Positions 1 through 13,242 are shown, counted from the whole stretch's first letter. The stretch: DNA of 62,617 nt, filler included, from Chiloscyllium plagiosum (GCF_004010195.1; 3 parts of one record of this genome joined end to end with filler, not necessarily neighbours in it), one strand, 5' to 3'. Notes: generated from the letters alone by a model not told the origin. Numbers and translations: made by a program.

Positions 1-714
1 TAAAGTCCTGGGGAGTGTTGCTGAACTGACGTTAGAATGCAGGTTCGTCGTTCCTTGAAAGTGCAGTCTCAGGTAGATAGGTTGGTAAAGAAGGCGTTTA
101 ATATGTTTTCCATTATTGGTCAGAGCATTGAGTATAGGAGTTGGCAGGTCATGTTGTAGCTGGAGAGGACATTCGTTAGGCCAGTTTTAGAATATTGTGT
201 GCAATTCTGATTTCCCTCCGAGAAGAAGGATATTGTGAAACTTGAAAGGTTTCAGAAAAGATTTACAAGGATGTTGCCAGGATTGGAGAATTTGAGCTAT
301 AGGGAGAGGCTGAATCGTCTGGGGCTTTGGAGGCTGAGGGATGACCTTATAGGATTTATAAAATCATTTGGACATGGATAGGGTAAATAGACACAGTCTT
401 TTCCCTGGGGGATGTCCAGACCTAGAGGGCATAGGTTTAGGGAAAGAGAGGAAAGATTTAAAAGGGAGCTAAAGGGCAACTTTTTCATGCAGAGGTTGGT
501 GTGTACAGAATGAGCTGCCAGAGGAGGCTGGTACAATTATAACAGTTAAAAGGCATCTGAATGGATACCTGAATTGTAAGGGTTTAGAGGGATATGGGAG
601 AAGTGGTGGCAAATGGGAATAGATTAATATCGGATGTCTGGTCGGCATGGACGAGTTTGACCGAAGGGTCTGTTTCCATGAAGTACAGCTCTATGACTGT
701 CTGGCTCTATGACT
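1..714 (+). mobile_element. CR1 LINE 3' portion (degenerate ORF2 C-terminus + 3' UTR)
   Basis: Decayed VRPxLEYCVQFW / LERxQKRFTRMLPGLE coding; 3' stem-loop GACCGAAGGGTC; (CTCTATGA)n-type tail at ~689-714. Confidence 0.9.
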
Positions 715-1087
715 GGACAAGCTAGATGCGGGAAGAATGTTCCCAATGTTGTGGAAATCCAGAACTAGGGGCCACTGTGAAAGATTAAAGGATAAGTCAT
801 TCAGGACTGAAATGAGGAAGAATTTCTTCACTCAGGGAGTTGTGAACCTGTGGAATTCTCTCCCACAGGAAGCTGTTGGGGGCCAGTTCATTAGATATAA
901 TCAAGAGAGAGCTTGACGTGGCCTTTGCAGCTAAAGGGATCAAGGGGTATGGAGAGAGAGTGGGAATGGGATTCTGAGATTGCATGATCAGCCATGATCA
1001 TATTGAATGGTAGTGCAGGCTCGAAGGGCCGAAATACCTACTCCTGCTTCTATTTTCTATGTTTTTATGTTTCAATGTTTCTATGTT
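715..1087 (+). mobile_element. CR1 LINE 3' end, different subfamily
   Basis: FRTEMRKNFFTQGVVNLWNSLPQE coding; GGCTCGAAGGGCC stem-loop; (TTTCTATG)n tail. Confidence 0.85.
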
Positions 1088-1519
1088 CAATTCCACCATC
1101 TGCCGCAGTGAGATTAAAGCCCAGCTCCCCAGAACATGACCCGGGAGTTCGTTGGCTCTTTGGAAATTACCCCACTTCCTGCTCTAATTGTGCAGAGCAT
1201 GGTACAGCGGGATGATAGGTCATGTTCTGTTGGGACTATGTCAGATACCAACCACCTCCTGCACCCCTACCCTAGACCGCACTATATATTCAACAGCCTT
1301 CTCATGCTCTAAAATGTTCATAGACAGTGTACAACATGGAAACCGCTCGAAGCAATCAGTGAGCTGAAACCACCAGGAAGGCATTTTGATTCCCTCCTTG
1401 GATATTCCCAATGTCTAGTGTATTTGGTGAGTTTGGTGAGGTGGAAGTCTGAATATGAATAACGTCAATCAAGGTTTTGGTCATCTGACATGAGTGTTAT
1501 CCATTGTTTAAGGATGCCC

Positions 1520-1638
1520 ATGAAGTGGATATGGGCCAGGTGCAGGCAGGGTGGCTCTAATTTAGGTTGGTATAATGTTCAGCATGGACTGGTTGGATTG
1601 AAGGGTCTGTTTCCGTGCTGTAGGATTCTATGACTCTA
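1520..1638 (+). mobile_element. Short CR1 3' UTR fragment
   Basis: TGAAGGGTCTGTTTCCGTGCTGTAGGATTCTATGACTCTA terminus like other CR1 copies. Confidence 0.7.
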
Positions 1639-1796
1639 CAACATGGAATTGGTATGGATGCTACATAAATCTAAGTTGTTAGATTCATAGAGATGGGGGA
1701 AATGTTCATTGTTGTCTACCAGTGTCTTGTGACTTGAGTTCGCTTTGTCATCACCTATAATCTGTCACCACTAACTCAGTCATGTTGTCACAAAAA

Positions 1797-2110
1797 TGGG
1801 GTGGTACAGTGGCTCAGTGGTTAGCACTGCTGCCTCACAGTGCCAGGGACCTAGGTCTGATTCCCGCCTCAGGTCACTGTCTGTGTGGAGTTAGCACGCT
1901 CTCTCTGTGTCCGCGTGAGTTTCCTCTGGGTGCTCTGGTTTCTTCCCACAATCCAAAGATGTGCAAGTCAGGCGAATTGACCATGCTAAATTGCCCATTG
2001 TGTTAGGTGCATTAGTCAGGGAATTGATCTGGGTGAGTTACTCTTCGGAGAGTTGATGTGGACCTGTTGGGCCAAAGGGCCTGTTTTAATACTGTAGGGA
2101 ATCTAATCTT
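1797..2110 (+). mobile_element. HE1-type tRNA-derived V-SINE, near full length
   Basis: A box TGGCTCAGTGG; B-box-like GGTCTGATTCC; V-domain GGTTTCTTCCCACAATCCAAAGATGTGCA; CR1-like 3' end and (AATCT)n tail. Confidence 0.9.
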
Positions 2111-2545
2111 AACAACAGTCCAAATGAACTCTTTGTTTTGAATCATGGATGCTGGTTGTAGGGAATAGGAATCCGTGGGGGCAGGGGATAGATGGTTCCC
2201 TCAGGATTGTGCTAGTGTTTTTCTGTCTACCTCCTCCATCTCTGAAACTCCAGGCAGGTTTGGGAAGCTCTGTTGTAAACCTAAACCCTCCCATATCAAT
2301 GACACAGACAGGCAGTGCCCTTGATGAAAGCCAGACCTAGCACGTCAATGAGAGCTTGGCAGCTGCTACCCTTTCTTTCCACCCCCACCCCCCACCTCCC
2401 TGATCAATGACTGGCTTTTCATTCCTTCCCCTGAGAAAGGGTCAGAGAGCAACCGTCACAATCAGCACAGTGTGACCGCGCCTACTCTGAGGTCAAGTTT
2501 ATCTGGCTCTCTGGCAGATTCCACTGTCTGTGTGTGTTATGACTC

Positions 2546-2745
2546 TGATTTGGAAGTGCCGGTGTTGGACTGGGATGGACAAAGTTAAAAATCACCCAAC
2601 ACCAGGTTGTAGAACAACAGGTTTATTTGGAAGCACTAGCTTTTGGAGCGTTGCTCCTTCATCAGGTGGTAGGAACAGCGCTCCGAAAGCTAGTGCTTCC
2701 AAATAAATCTGTTGGACGATAACCTGGCATTGTGTGATTTTTAAC
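2546..2745. mobile_element. Penelope-like terminal-repeat fragment (family B), inverted/palindromic
   Basis: TGATTTGGA...AAAGTTAAAAATCAC...CCTTCATCAGG followed by its reverse complement GCTCCGAAAGCTAG...GTGATTTTTAACT. Confidence 0.75.
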
Positions 2746-2839
2746 TCGTTTTTATTCAGTTCTTCAGAATACACAATCCTGTGCTTTTATTTTGGTCTCC
2801 TATGTTGTTCACAGACATGATGAGACCCTTCAGAGATTA

Positions 2840-2962
2840 GGTAAAAGTGAGGACTGCAGATGCTGGAAATCAGAGTCAAGATTAGTGTGGTGCTGGAAAA
2901 GCACAGCAAGTCAGGCAGCATCCGAGGAGCAGGAAAAGCGACGTTTCGGGCAAAAGCCTTTG
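2840..2962 (-). mobile_element. Penelope-like terminal-repeat fragment (family A)
   Basis: AAAGTGAGGACTGCAGATGCTGG...GACGTTTCGGGCAAAAGCC, same repeat as the one attached to the GIY-YIG ORF at 61112-61910. Confidence 0.8.
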
Positions 2963-3009
2963 GAGATTAGCTCAAGTATTAGAAAGCTGAGTAGGAAGCC
3001 TGCGGTGAT

Positions 3010-3581
3010 TTTGGGATATCATGTTGCGGAATTGGTCAGGCCACTTTTGGAAATCTGCATTCAGTTCCAGTCGCACTGCTATAGAAAGGATGTTGTGAAG
3101 CTTGAAAGGGTTCAGAAAAGGTTTACAAGGATGTTGCCAGGGTTGGAGGGATTGAGCTACAGGGAGAGGCTGAATAGGCTGGGGCTATTTTCCTTGGAGT
3201 GTCAGAGGCTGAGGGGTGACCTTATAAAATCAGGATGGGCATGAATAGGGTGTTGAGCCAAGGTCTTTTGCCCAGAGCAGATGAGTTCAAAACCAAAGGG
3301 GATAGGTTTAAGGTGAGAGGGAAAAGATTTGAAAGGGCAACTTTTTCACACAGAGGATGTTGCGTGTATGAAAAGAGCTGCTAGAGGAAGAGTTGGAGGC
3401 TGGAACAATTACAACATTTAGAAGTCATTTGGATGAGTATACAAATAGAAAAGGTTTAGAAGAATATGGGCCACAATCTGCCCAATAGTACTAGATTTAT
3501 TTAGGATATCTGGTTGGTATGGACGAATTAGACTGAAGGCTCTGTTTCTGTGCTGTACATCTCTATGACTCTATGACTCTA
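3010..3581 (+). mobile_element. CR1 LINE 3' portion
   Basis: ORF 2792-3244 carries LVRPLLEICIQF...YRKDVVKLERVQKRFTRMLPGLEGLSYRERL; (CTCTATGA)n tail. Confidence 0.9.
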
Positions 3582-4089
3582 AGCTGCGTCATGCTTTGTG
3601 TTACAGCAATGAGGTAGAGCAGCGACAGAGGGAAGACGTGGAAGCAAATCCTTCATCCTAGATCCCACTGTCCTGGGTCCAAAGATCTGGGGATCGAGAA
3701 TTGGCCTGTTCAGTCAAGATAAGACCCGTAGCAGAAATTCATATTCTTGAATGGACATGGGACAACGAACACCACTGATGATGGAGGAGCCAAAAACCTT
3801 GACTTTGACCAAAGGGCAGTTGCCCCATGTGTGGATGAGAGGGAGGACCACACGATGGATGACAAGCTCACATCATTATATAGAATGCCATTCCAGTGTG
3901 AATTGTGAATCTGAGAGTGATAGGGCGGGTAATTGTTCTGAGAGACAGATACTACTCTGCAGCTGCAAACAGGAGTTCCAAAGTTTGTATTATCAGTTCA
4001 GTCTCAGATTTAATTACATTTCCCCAAAGCTGATGATGAACTTGGAGTGAGAGGGGGGAGGTCGAGATGTCACAAACCACTTGGGAATG

Positions 4090-4870
4090 AATTTTATTTT
4101 ATTATTCACTTGTAGAACATGGGCATTGCTGGCTGGGCCAGCATTTTATTGCTCATCCCTAGTTGCCCTTGAGAAAGATGGTGGTGAGCTGCTTACTTGA
4201 ATGGCTGCAGTCCACATGCTATAGATTAACCCACAATGCCCTCAGGGAGGGAATTCCAGGATTTTGACTCAGTGACAATGAAGGAATGGCGATATATTTC
4301 CAAGTCAGGATGATGAGTGGCTTGGAGGGGAACTTGTAGGTGGCAGTATTCCCATATATCTGCTGACCCTTGTCTTCTTACTGGAAGTAGTCAGGGTTTG
4401 GAAGGTGCTGTCTGAGGATCTTTGATGAATTTCTGCAGTACACCTTGTAGATAGTACACATTGCTGCTACTGAGCATCGGTCATAGAGAGAGTGGATGCT
4501 TGTGGATGTAATGCCAATCAAGCGGGTTTAATGGTGTCAAGCTTCTTTAGTGTTGTTGGGACTGCAGCCATCCAGGCAAGTGGGGAGTATTCCATACTTC
4601 CATACACAAGTATTCATGACTTGTGCCTTGGAGATGGGGACAGGCTTTGGGGAGTCGGGAGATGAGTTACTCGCCAAATATTCCTGGCCTCTGACCTACT
4701 GTTGCAGCCATTTGTGTTTATGTCATGAGTGCAGTTGAGTTTCTAGTCAATGGTAACCTCCAAGATGTTGATAGTGGGGGAATTCAGTGATGGTAACACC
4801 ATTGAATGTCAAGGGGCAGTGATTAGATTGTCTCTTATTGGAGATGGTCATTGCCAGGCATGGGTGTGGT
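4090..4870 (-). mobile_element. CR1/L2-group LINE (second family), 3' portion
   Basis: Reverse complement of CTTCTCAAGGGCAACTAGGGATG...AATGCTGGCCCAGCCAGC...TGAATAA 3' end; homologous to 19148-19622 and 38620-38910. Confidence 0.7.
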
Positions 4871-5719
4871 GCAGATAGGTAACATTGGTAGAACTAGGAG
4901 TGATGTGTGCAGAGAGAGTTTGAGGAGTTAGGTCTAAAATTAAAATGTGGAATCCTGAACCATGTGCCAATTAACATAGGGTAAAGCTCATTAGAGAATT
5001 AAATGTGTGGCTCAAAGAGTGCTGTGGGAAGGAGGGGGCTTTGTTTTCTCAGGCATTGGCACCAACTTTCGAAAATGGAGGACTGTTCCATTGGGATGGT
5101 TTCCACTACAAATGGCTCCAAATTTGTGCCCTGGTTGGTTTGTACAAACCTGTGGATAGAGGTTGAGCCTCGAATTGGGGTGGGGAAGAGGTTCAGATTA
5201 AGAGAGATTCACAACTCCAATGAGAAAAGTCTAGATAAATAGAACACTGTAGCAGCCTCAGTAAAGAAGAATGGGAGAGCAAGGGACAGAATTTATTGAT
5301 AACAGTGCACAAGTGGATAAGGTCCAGGTAAATAAAAACAAAGACTCTGTATCTGAACACATAAATCATTTGTCATGTGATCGATGAAATAAAAGCACAA
5401 ATGGAGATAAATGCAACTTAGTTGCAGCTGCAGAGACAAGATTTCATGTTAACCAAGTTTTGTAAAATAATTATTCCAGGGTACATAATGTTTCAAAGAG
5501 AGAGACTAAGTGACAAAGGAAGAAGGGTAACCCTTTTAGTAGATATGCCATGAAGTCTAAATTGAGAAAGGATCTTGGCTCAGAAGATTTGGAGTTAAAA
5601 TCAGTGTAGGTAGAGATTAGGAATAACAAGCATTAGAGAATGGGAGTGGAGCTAGTTTATAAACTCATTAATAGGAGTTGTGTCATTGCACAAAAAGTTA
5701 AGGAAGAAATTATTGGAGT

Positions 5720-6060
5720 TTTTTTTCCTTTATTCATTCATGGGATGAGGGCATTGCTGGCTAGGGCAGCATTTATTACCCATCTCTAATTGCCCAGAGG
5801 GCATTTAAAATACAGCCACATTGCTGTGGATCTGGAGTCATACAGAGGCTAGACCAGGTAAGTATGACAGTTTCCTTCCTTAAACGATGTTAGTGAACTA
5901 AATGGGTTTTCCAACAATCAGCAATAGATTCATAGTTACCATTAGACTCTCAATTGCAGTTTTTTTTTCCTGTTTGAATTTAATTCAAATTCTGCCATAT
6001 GCCATGGCAGATCTGTGGATTAACAGTCCAGTGGGAATGCCATTAAGCCATCTCCTGTCC
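5720..6060 (-). mobile_element. tRNA-headed SINE sharing its 3' tail with the second LINE family
   Basis: Reverse complement of the element at 11040-11380 (CCACATTGCTGTGGATCTGGAGTCA core). Confidence 0.75.
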
Positions 6061-6089
6061 AGCATGTGACAATAGCAATGCAATAAAGG

Positions 6090-6350
6090 CGAGGGAAGAG
6101 ACCTAAGGGGCAACCTTTTCATACAGAGGGTGGTATGTGTACGGAATGAGCTGCCAGAGGAAGTGTGGAAGCTGGTGGAATTGCAACATTTAAAAGGCAT
6201 TTGGATGGGTATATGAATAGGATGGGTTCGGAGGGATATGGGCCGGGTGCTGGTAGGTGGGACTAGATTGGGTTGGGATATCTGGTCGGCATGGACGGGT
6301 TGGACCGAAGGGTCTGTTTCCATACTGTACATCTCTATGAATCTATGACT
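6090..6350 (+). mobile_element. CR1 3' end
   Basis: RDLRGNLFIQRVVCVRNELPEE; TTGGACCGAAGGGTCTGTTTCC; CTCTATGA tail. Confidence 0.85.
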
Positions 6351-7062
6351 GAATTAATCGAGTTAATAATTGCATGTATAATTCTCTTCATACATTTTCC
6401 TGGAAGAGTATATTGTGGAACCAACCCAAAACTATTTTAGATTCAACATTGAACAATGCGACAGAGCTAATGAGTAATGTCATGGTAAAAGATTCATTGA
6501 GAATTTCTGATCGTAACATAATCTGAATGTGAGGTAGTCCAATCACAAACAAAAATGTAAAACGAAAAGCATTGTGGCTAATAAATAGAGAGAAATGTCA
6601 GCAGTCAGAAAGTTCCACTAGTGAGATAGAATCATTCATGAATCTCTCAGGGAAAAAAGGAAAGGACTGTATTAGATTAAATGGAAGAGGATTATAATGT
6701 TGTGATGACACATGGTAATTATAAATGTTTTGGGGAGCGACACAGGGCTACCAAAGAGGTAATGGAAAGGGCAATATAAGAGTAAACCAATCAGGAATAC
6801 AAAAACAGATTTAAAAAAAGCTTTTATAACTGTAAATAAAAAGTAGATTCCTTATAAATGGAGATAGAAGTAATTATCAAGGGGAATGGGGAAATGGCAG
6901 AGACATTGAACAAATATTTTTGTCTGTCTTCATTATAGACAATAGTATTTGGATGTTATAAATCACATAGAGGCTGATAAAATGCAGAAATTGAGTAAAT
7001 AATATCAGGAGAGAAAAAGCGCTGGAGAAACTCAAAGAACTGAAATGTGGCAAATCCCTAAG

Positions 7063-7555
7063 ACTTGAAATGTTCAGAAAAGATTTACAAGGATGCTGCC
7101 AAGTTTGGAGGGTTTGAGCTACAGGCAGACGCTGAATGGAACTGTTTTCCTTGGAGTGTCAAAGGCTGTGTTTTATAGAGGTTTATAAACCTTATAGAGG
7201 TTTATGAAATCATGAGGGGCATGGATAGGATAAATAGCCAAGGTCTTTTCTGCAGGGTAGGGGAGTCTAAAACTAGGGGGGCATTGGGTTATGTTGAGAG
7301 GAGAAAGATTTAAAAGGGACCCAAAGGGCAACTTTTTCACACAGAGGCTGGTGCATGTATCGGATGAAGTGCCAGATGAAGTGGTGGAGGCTGGTAAAAT
7401 TGTAGCATTTAAAAGGCATCTGGATGGGTACATGAATAGGAGGTTCAGAGGGATATGGGCCAAATGCTGGTCAATGGGACTAGATTTATTTAGGATTTCA
7501 GGGTTGGCATGGATGGAAGGATCTGTTTCCATACTGTACAACTCTATGACTATAT
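7063..7555 (+). mobile_element. CR1 3' portion nested in the older CR1
   Basis: ORF 7291-7557 RGERFKRDPKGNFFTQRLV...FKRHLDGYMNR; CTCTATGA tail. Confidence 0.85.
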
Positions 7556-7849
7556 AACTGATGGCCTACAATCTGGGGTTATAAAAGCGATAGCTGCAGA
7601 AAAAGTGGTTGCAGTGCAAATATTCTTTCAACCGCAAAGGATAGGACACTAAGCATTAATATGTGTGACACACAGTGCATGAAAATCCATCACACTGCAA
7701 GCCTAACAAATCCTAAATTTGTTGTCAGCATAACTCTTCTCCCCATTAGGATTATCCAACAAAGATTGCCCAATTGCTGAATTCCATCTAATGTAATCAA
7801 AGAGTATGTTAAAGGAATCGAGCTTATTTGAGAAGTCAGCTAGAGAAGT

Positions 7850-8165
7850 TGTCATAAAATCCCTACAGTGCAGCAAGAGACCATTTGGCCCATCAAGTCT
7901 GCACTAGCTCTCCGAAGAGCATGCCACCCAGACCCACCTTCCACCTATCCCTACAACTCAGTGTGGGATTTTTACCATGGCTAACCCACCTAACCCGCAC
8001 ATCTCTGAAGGACAATTTGGCATGGCCAGTTCACCTAACCTGCATATCTTGGGACTGTGAGAGGAAAGTGGAGCTCATGCAAAACGGGGAGAATGTCCAC
8101 ACGGACAGTCGCCTAAGGCTGGAATCAAACCCGGGTCCCTGGTGCTGGAATGTGAACCACCCTAC
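7850..8165 (-). mobile_element. HE1-type SINE, diverged
   Basis: GACAATTTGGCATGGCCAGTTCACCTAACCTGCATATCTTGGGACTGTGAGAGGAAA (reverse-complement V domain). Confidence 0.8.
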
Positions 8166-8186
8166 TGTGATCTGCTATTGTCCACA

Positions 8187-8392
8187 GCAAAATGTGTTGC
8201 TGGAAAAGCGCAGCAGGTCAGGCAGCATCCAGGGAGCAGGAGAATCAACGGTTTGGGCATAAGCCCTTCTTCAGGAATGAGGAAGGTGTGCCAAGCAGGC
8301 TAAGATAAAAGGTAGGGAGGAGGGACTTGGGGGAGGGGTGTTGGGAATGCGACAGGTGGAAGGAGGTTAAGGTGAGGGTGATAGGCCGGGAA
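8187..8392 (-). mobile_element. Penelope-like terminal repeat (family A) with decayed hammerhead
   Basis: Near-identical to 61160-61350; minus-strand CTGAAGAAGGGCTTATGCCC-AAAC. Confidence 0.8.
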
Positions 8393-8835
8393 GTTTGACA
8401 GTACAAAAAGCAGGAACATTCTGAAAGGCATAATGTTTGTATTTGTTGATATTCAGAGGGATCTTTAGAAGGAACACAAAAATTGAGCATTCAGGGATTG
8501 CAAGCAATTAGTGTTTTGGCCTTTTATTGCACAAAAACATAAGAATTGCATGCAGGATTTGGCTGTTAGGTTCCTGAAGGCCATTCCACCATTTCCTGCT
8601 ATCATTGTTCATCTGATTGTAGCCTGTCTAACCTAATAAAGCAAAAGACCCAGCCTCCACTGATCTCTGAGTGTTAAATGTTAGATCAGAACCCCGAAAC
8701 ATTTATGACCATTTTTACTTTTAATTCCAAAATGTGGTTTTGACACAGTTGTAACTTCAATGACTGCCTGTGTGAAGCCCATGGGAATGTTGGATCTGTA
8801 AAATCTCATGAAAACATAAAATGCAGAGAGAATTA

Positions 8836-9581
8836 TATTACGACATATCGGTAAACCCCTCTGCTAATTAAACCAAACACACAGAAAAGTTCATCTCGCC
8901 TCATAAAGTATGAGTGACAGAGAAATTCCCAAATTCCACTATTTAAAGAAAAAATATCAATTCTATTCTTTAACTCTAGAAGCGAACATTAAACAACACC
9001 CATTTACAATTCAAAGCCTCCTTTCTTTTAAAGATCCATTATCCACCTCCAATTCGATAATAATACACTGAGCCAATAAAAGCCCCTATCAAAATTACAT
9101 CAATTTAATTTTCAAAACCAAACAGTGTCGGTCTTCTTCTGCTGAAGATCTCCTTGGGTCGTCTTCAGTCTTTTGCTGCAAAGATGTTTTGTATGAAAAC
9201 GTTACCTTTGATGGAGAGTATTTCGGATGGCAGTCTCTCTCTCTCTAGATGGCAGGTTCTCTGGCTTACTCTCAAAATGCCAGCTTATTTGTACCCCAAA
9301 CATTGAATTGTCTCATTAGTTCAATGTTGTCAAAACTGTGAAATTCAAATTTGATTGGATTTTAGTGTCCTGGGGCATAATTTAAACTGATTGGTTAAAT
9401 TCAAATGGTGGGTCAAAACAGCTGAGTTATCTAGTTTACAGTCAAATGTTACATATTTTCAATTTTCCAGTACCCTCTGAGACTGCTAGTCAGCTACATG
9501 ACAATTGCCTGCAAACTCTCACTGCCAAAACAGCCTTCACTCTCTCTTAAAGGTATATTACATGCCTTCAACTTCATAACA
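8836..9581. mobile_element. Solo LTR (746 bp) with 4-bp TSD ATTA
   Basis: Termini TATTACGA...TCATAACA (decayed TGTTATGA/TCATAACA inverted ends); ATTA at 8832-8835 and 9582-9585; second copy at 25570-27357. Confidence 0.75.
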
Positions 9582-9855
9582 ATTAACAATGACATAAGAG
9601 GTGTAGGCCATTCAGCCCCTTGAGCCTGTTCCACCATTCAATGAACTCACGGCTGATCTGCGGCCTAACCCAATTTACCTGCCCTTTGGTTCATATCCCT
9701 TAACCTTGCTTAAAGAAACTTTATCTATCCCAGGTTTAAAGTTATCATTATCTTGAGCATTTCGATCAGATTAAATTGATTAAATTCTAGAGAATGCAAG
9801 CCTAATTTGTATGATCTCTCCTCATATTTTAACCCCTGAAATTCAAGTCAGATTC

Positions 9856-10510
9856 TTTGATTTCATTTATTTATTGTCATGTGTGCCTAAGTACAGTTTA
9901 TGTTTATGAGCAGTACAGGCAGATCATAATAAGCAAGGTTATACAGATCATAGGGTGGAAGAAGCAACTTAGCTAAAGGCGTTCAGTTTTGTCACACAGG
10001 GTGTGCGCTAGGCAAGATCAACATTAATAAGATCAACACTACTTGAAGTTAGAGATCCCATTCATCAGTCTAATAACGGCCAAGAAGAAGCTGTTCCTGA
10101 ACCTGCTGTGCGTGTGTTCAGGTTTCTGTATCTTCTGCCTGACAGAACAGGTTGTAGGAGATCATTGCCAGAGTGTGATGGGTCTTTGTGATGATGTTGG
10201 CAGCCTTTCAGCAGCAGCGAGTCATGTAAAAGGAGTCCATGGATGGAAGATTGGTTTCTGCAATGGTCTTGGCTGTGCATACCACCTTCTGTAGTTTCTT
10301 ACGTTCCTGGGTAGAGCAATTGACCTACCAGGCTATGATGCACCCAGACAATATGCTCTCAGTGGTGCATCGTAAACATTGGTGGGGGTCCTTATATTCA
10401 TGCCAAATTTCCTGAGCTACCTGAGGAAGGAGAGACGCTGTTGTACTTTCTTGACCACCTCATTGACATGGGAAGTCCAGGACAGGTTGTCGGTTATCGT
10501 CACTCCTGGT
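9856..10510 (-). mobile_element. Rex1/Babar-like LINE 3' portion
   Basis: Minus strand KVQQRLSFLR-LRKFGM and RRYRNLNTRT; homologous to 39720-40425. Confidence 0.75.
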
Positions 10511-10789
10511 CAACCTGTCTGTCAACCTACATTGCACTCCCTCAAAGGCCAATATATCCTTCCTCAGGTGTGGTGTCCAGATCTTCTCACAGTACTCCAA
10601 AGAGATTATTTGGGGACTGAGGGGGCTGTCCTTTACGGGGACTCAGCAAGTAAAGCAAAAGAAAATTCCTCTCTGAAAAATTAAATTTGGTCATTGTCAA
10701 AAGGAATCAGAACAACAGAATTTCCACCAACCTGCAAAATCAAGAATATCAAAATAACTGCTCAAACAATGGTCCCAAAGCCATCTATC

Positions 10790-12200
10790 AGATAGTCATC
10801 TCCCACTATTTGTGGTTAACGAAAGATGTTAAAGAAACTATCAAACATCTGCAAAAGTATATAATTGAGAAGTTGGGCAGAATATCAAGAAATGCAGAGA
10901 ATGACAAAAAGATTATTCAGAAGAAAGAAATTACAATCTGTGAGGAAGCTATTTGCAAATGTAAAAATGGATATCAAGCGTTTCTACATGCATTTAAAAA
11001 GTAAAAGTGTAAGTAAAGTAAGTGTTGGACCACCTGAGAATGGCCTAGTGCTGTTATAGTTGGATTGTTAATCGAGAGCCCTGGGCAATGTTCTGAGGAC
11101 CTGGGTTCACAATCCCACCATAGCAGGTGATGGAATTTTAATTCAATAAACTCCTGGAATTAAGAACCTAATAGCGACCACGAATCTGCTGCAGATTGTT
11201 GGGAAAAACCCTTCTAATTATAAAAGATTTTTTTAGGAAAGGAAACTTATATTTTTCCCTGGCTACATGTGACTCTAGACCCACAGCAATGTGGTTGACT
11301 CTTAACCGCACTCTGGGTAAATAAAAATGGGCAATAAATTCTGGCCTAGCCAGTGGTGCCCTCAGCCTGTGAATAAAAAAGAGAGTTAATGATAAAATGA
11401 CAAATATTTTGCCTCCACCTATACCATAGAGAATGGAAAAAATATTCCACTAATTGTTATAGATCAGGAAGTGGAAGAGAAAAATGAACATAGTGGAATC
11501 ACAATCACCAAGGAGGCAGTACTAAGCATCCCTTTGGATTTGCAGACTGACTAATCTCTTGGTCTAGATGGGCTTCATTCTCGACTCTCCAAAGAGGTGG
11601 TTAATAAGATAAGAATTGCACTGGTATTGATTTTCCAATATTTGCTGGGTTTTGGAAAGGTTCCTTCAAAGTGGAAATCAACAAAAATGCCACCTCTAAG
11701 GAAGGAAGATGGCAGAAAACAGACAAACTCTGGCCCAGTTCACTTCATATTTGTTGTGGAGAAGGTGTTAAAATTAATCATCAGGAAAGTTATATCTGAG
11801 CTTTAGTTTAAAAAAATGGAGGTAAATGGGAAAAGTCAAGAATGGCATTTGTGAAAGGCAAAACATGTTTAATCAATCTGTTTGAATGTTTGAAGGAGGG
11901 GCATATGCTGTGGATAAGGGAAAGCCCATTGATGTACTTGGATTTCTAGAAGGCACTTGACAATATGTCACATAAAAGGTTATTGTGTAAAGTAGAAGCA
12001 CATGGCGTAGGGATAACATACTAGCAGTGATAGATGATTGGCTGGCTAGCAGAAAACAGAGCATATGCATAAATGGGGCTTTGTCTGATTGGAAATTTTG
12101 GATGAGTGGTGCTCCACATGGGTCAGTGCTAGAGTCTCAATGCCTTAGCTGGCAGGAGTGAAGAGGTGGTAGCTAAAGTTTCAGATTACACAAGGTGGTA
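10790..12200 (+). mobile_element. Old decayed CR1 ORF2 segment
   Basis: ANVKMDIKRFYMHLKSK; GKVPSKWK; GAYAVDKG and DF-KALD RT-like relics. Confidence 0.65.
11040..11380 (+). mobile_element. tRNA-headed SINE, near full length
   Basis: A box TGGCCTAGTG; B-box-like GGGTTCACAATCC; core TGTGACTCTAGACCCACAGCAATGTGGTTGACTCTTAAC; 3' tail GGGCAATAAATTCTGGCCTAGCCAG...TGAATAAAAAA. Confidence 0.8.
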
Positions 12201-12934
12201 GGTATTGAATTGTCTTAACAAGGTGGACATGGAAATTAAGGCTGATGGTCTGTAAAATATGTTTAGTGGTCATGCAGATTTAACAGGGTCTGGCCCTGTT
12301 CCTATCTCTTATGTCGTGATGATACCTGCTTTCACTGTCTGTGCAACATGAGGTTAATTCTTGTCATGTTCAATAAAAATACTCAAGACAAATCAACAGG
12401 TAACAGCATCCATAGGTGCACCCATTCTTTTACTAATCACTGCAAGAGGATTAATTCTAAACCAGCCTGGATGACCTTTGATATTACACTAGTCTTGCAT
12501 CAAACAACTTATAGGCACCATGATTGCCATGGGTTTTCCAAGAGTGCTGTAACCAGAGCCAATTGAGGATTTGACTCTTAACGTTTTGTATATTTGCGTA
12601 GATCAATTTCATGCTGAATGATATTTCTTGCAATCTGTCGGCTAGAGTACAGTTAGCGTTAAATAAATTCTACGTTAGATTGCATGTCCTACAAATATAT
12701 GAAAAAGGAGCAGGTTATTCAGGCCATCAAGCCTGCTCCATCATTCAATATGATCACGGTTGGATTCCTGACTACCCAGAGTACGTTTCAGCCCCTTGCT
12801 TATTAAGAAACTGGCTAAAAATATTCATGATTTCTGTTTTCATTGTCTTTCAGGAAGAGAGTTCATGGACTCAAAACGCAGAGAGAGAGTGTTTTCTTTA
12901 CCTAATCTCTGTTATAAAAGGGTAAATCCTAATT

Positions 12935-13042
12935 TTTTATGATCTGTACATCCTTGTTTGCTATGATCTGCCTGTACTGCTTGCAAAATAAAACTTTTCA
13001 ATGTACTTGGATACATGTGACAACAATAAATCAAATCAAATG
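12935..13042 (+). mobile_element. Rex1-like LINE extreme 3' end
   Basis: CTGCCTGTACTGCTTGC...ACATGTGACAACAATAAATCAAATCAAAT tail. Confidence 0.65.
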
Positions 13043-13242
13043 AACACTCACCCTAAGGTGATAAAAGTGTGGAGTTCAGTGACCAAGCATTGGTGTCAGA
13101 GGGATAATGAATATATAGGGGTGGGTTTCAATGTTAAATTAGAGTATGAGAAAGTGAGCTTTGTTGAATTACAGCAGTACTTTCTGTGGTCTATGTTCTA
13201 TGTTCTAAGTACTCTTCAATAATACTTCCTTGCTGAGAAATT

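Larger units (their letters stand above)
4870..7630 (+). mobile_element. Old, heavily decayed CR1 5' region (ORF1 esterase-like + APE endonuclease relics), interrupted by younger inserts
   Basis: NVWLKECCGKEGLCFLRHWHQ...FHWDGFH at ~5000-5110; LYLN- and AxAET-like APE motifs at ~5348-5440; GEMAETLNKYF-like stretch at ~6890. Confidence 0.6.

Noticed and set aside
1797..1875. tRNA gene (also at other SINE heads)
   Set aside because: These are tRNA-derived SINE heads with A/B boxes, continuous with SINE bodies; no complete cloverleaf.
3775..3800. Possible extra hammerhead (CTGATGA-TGG..CCA-AAAAC)
   Set aside because: Lacks GAAA, has only a 3-bp stem, is single-copy and has no Penelope context.
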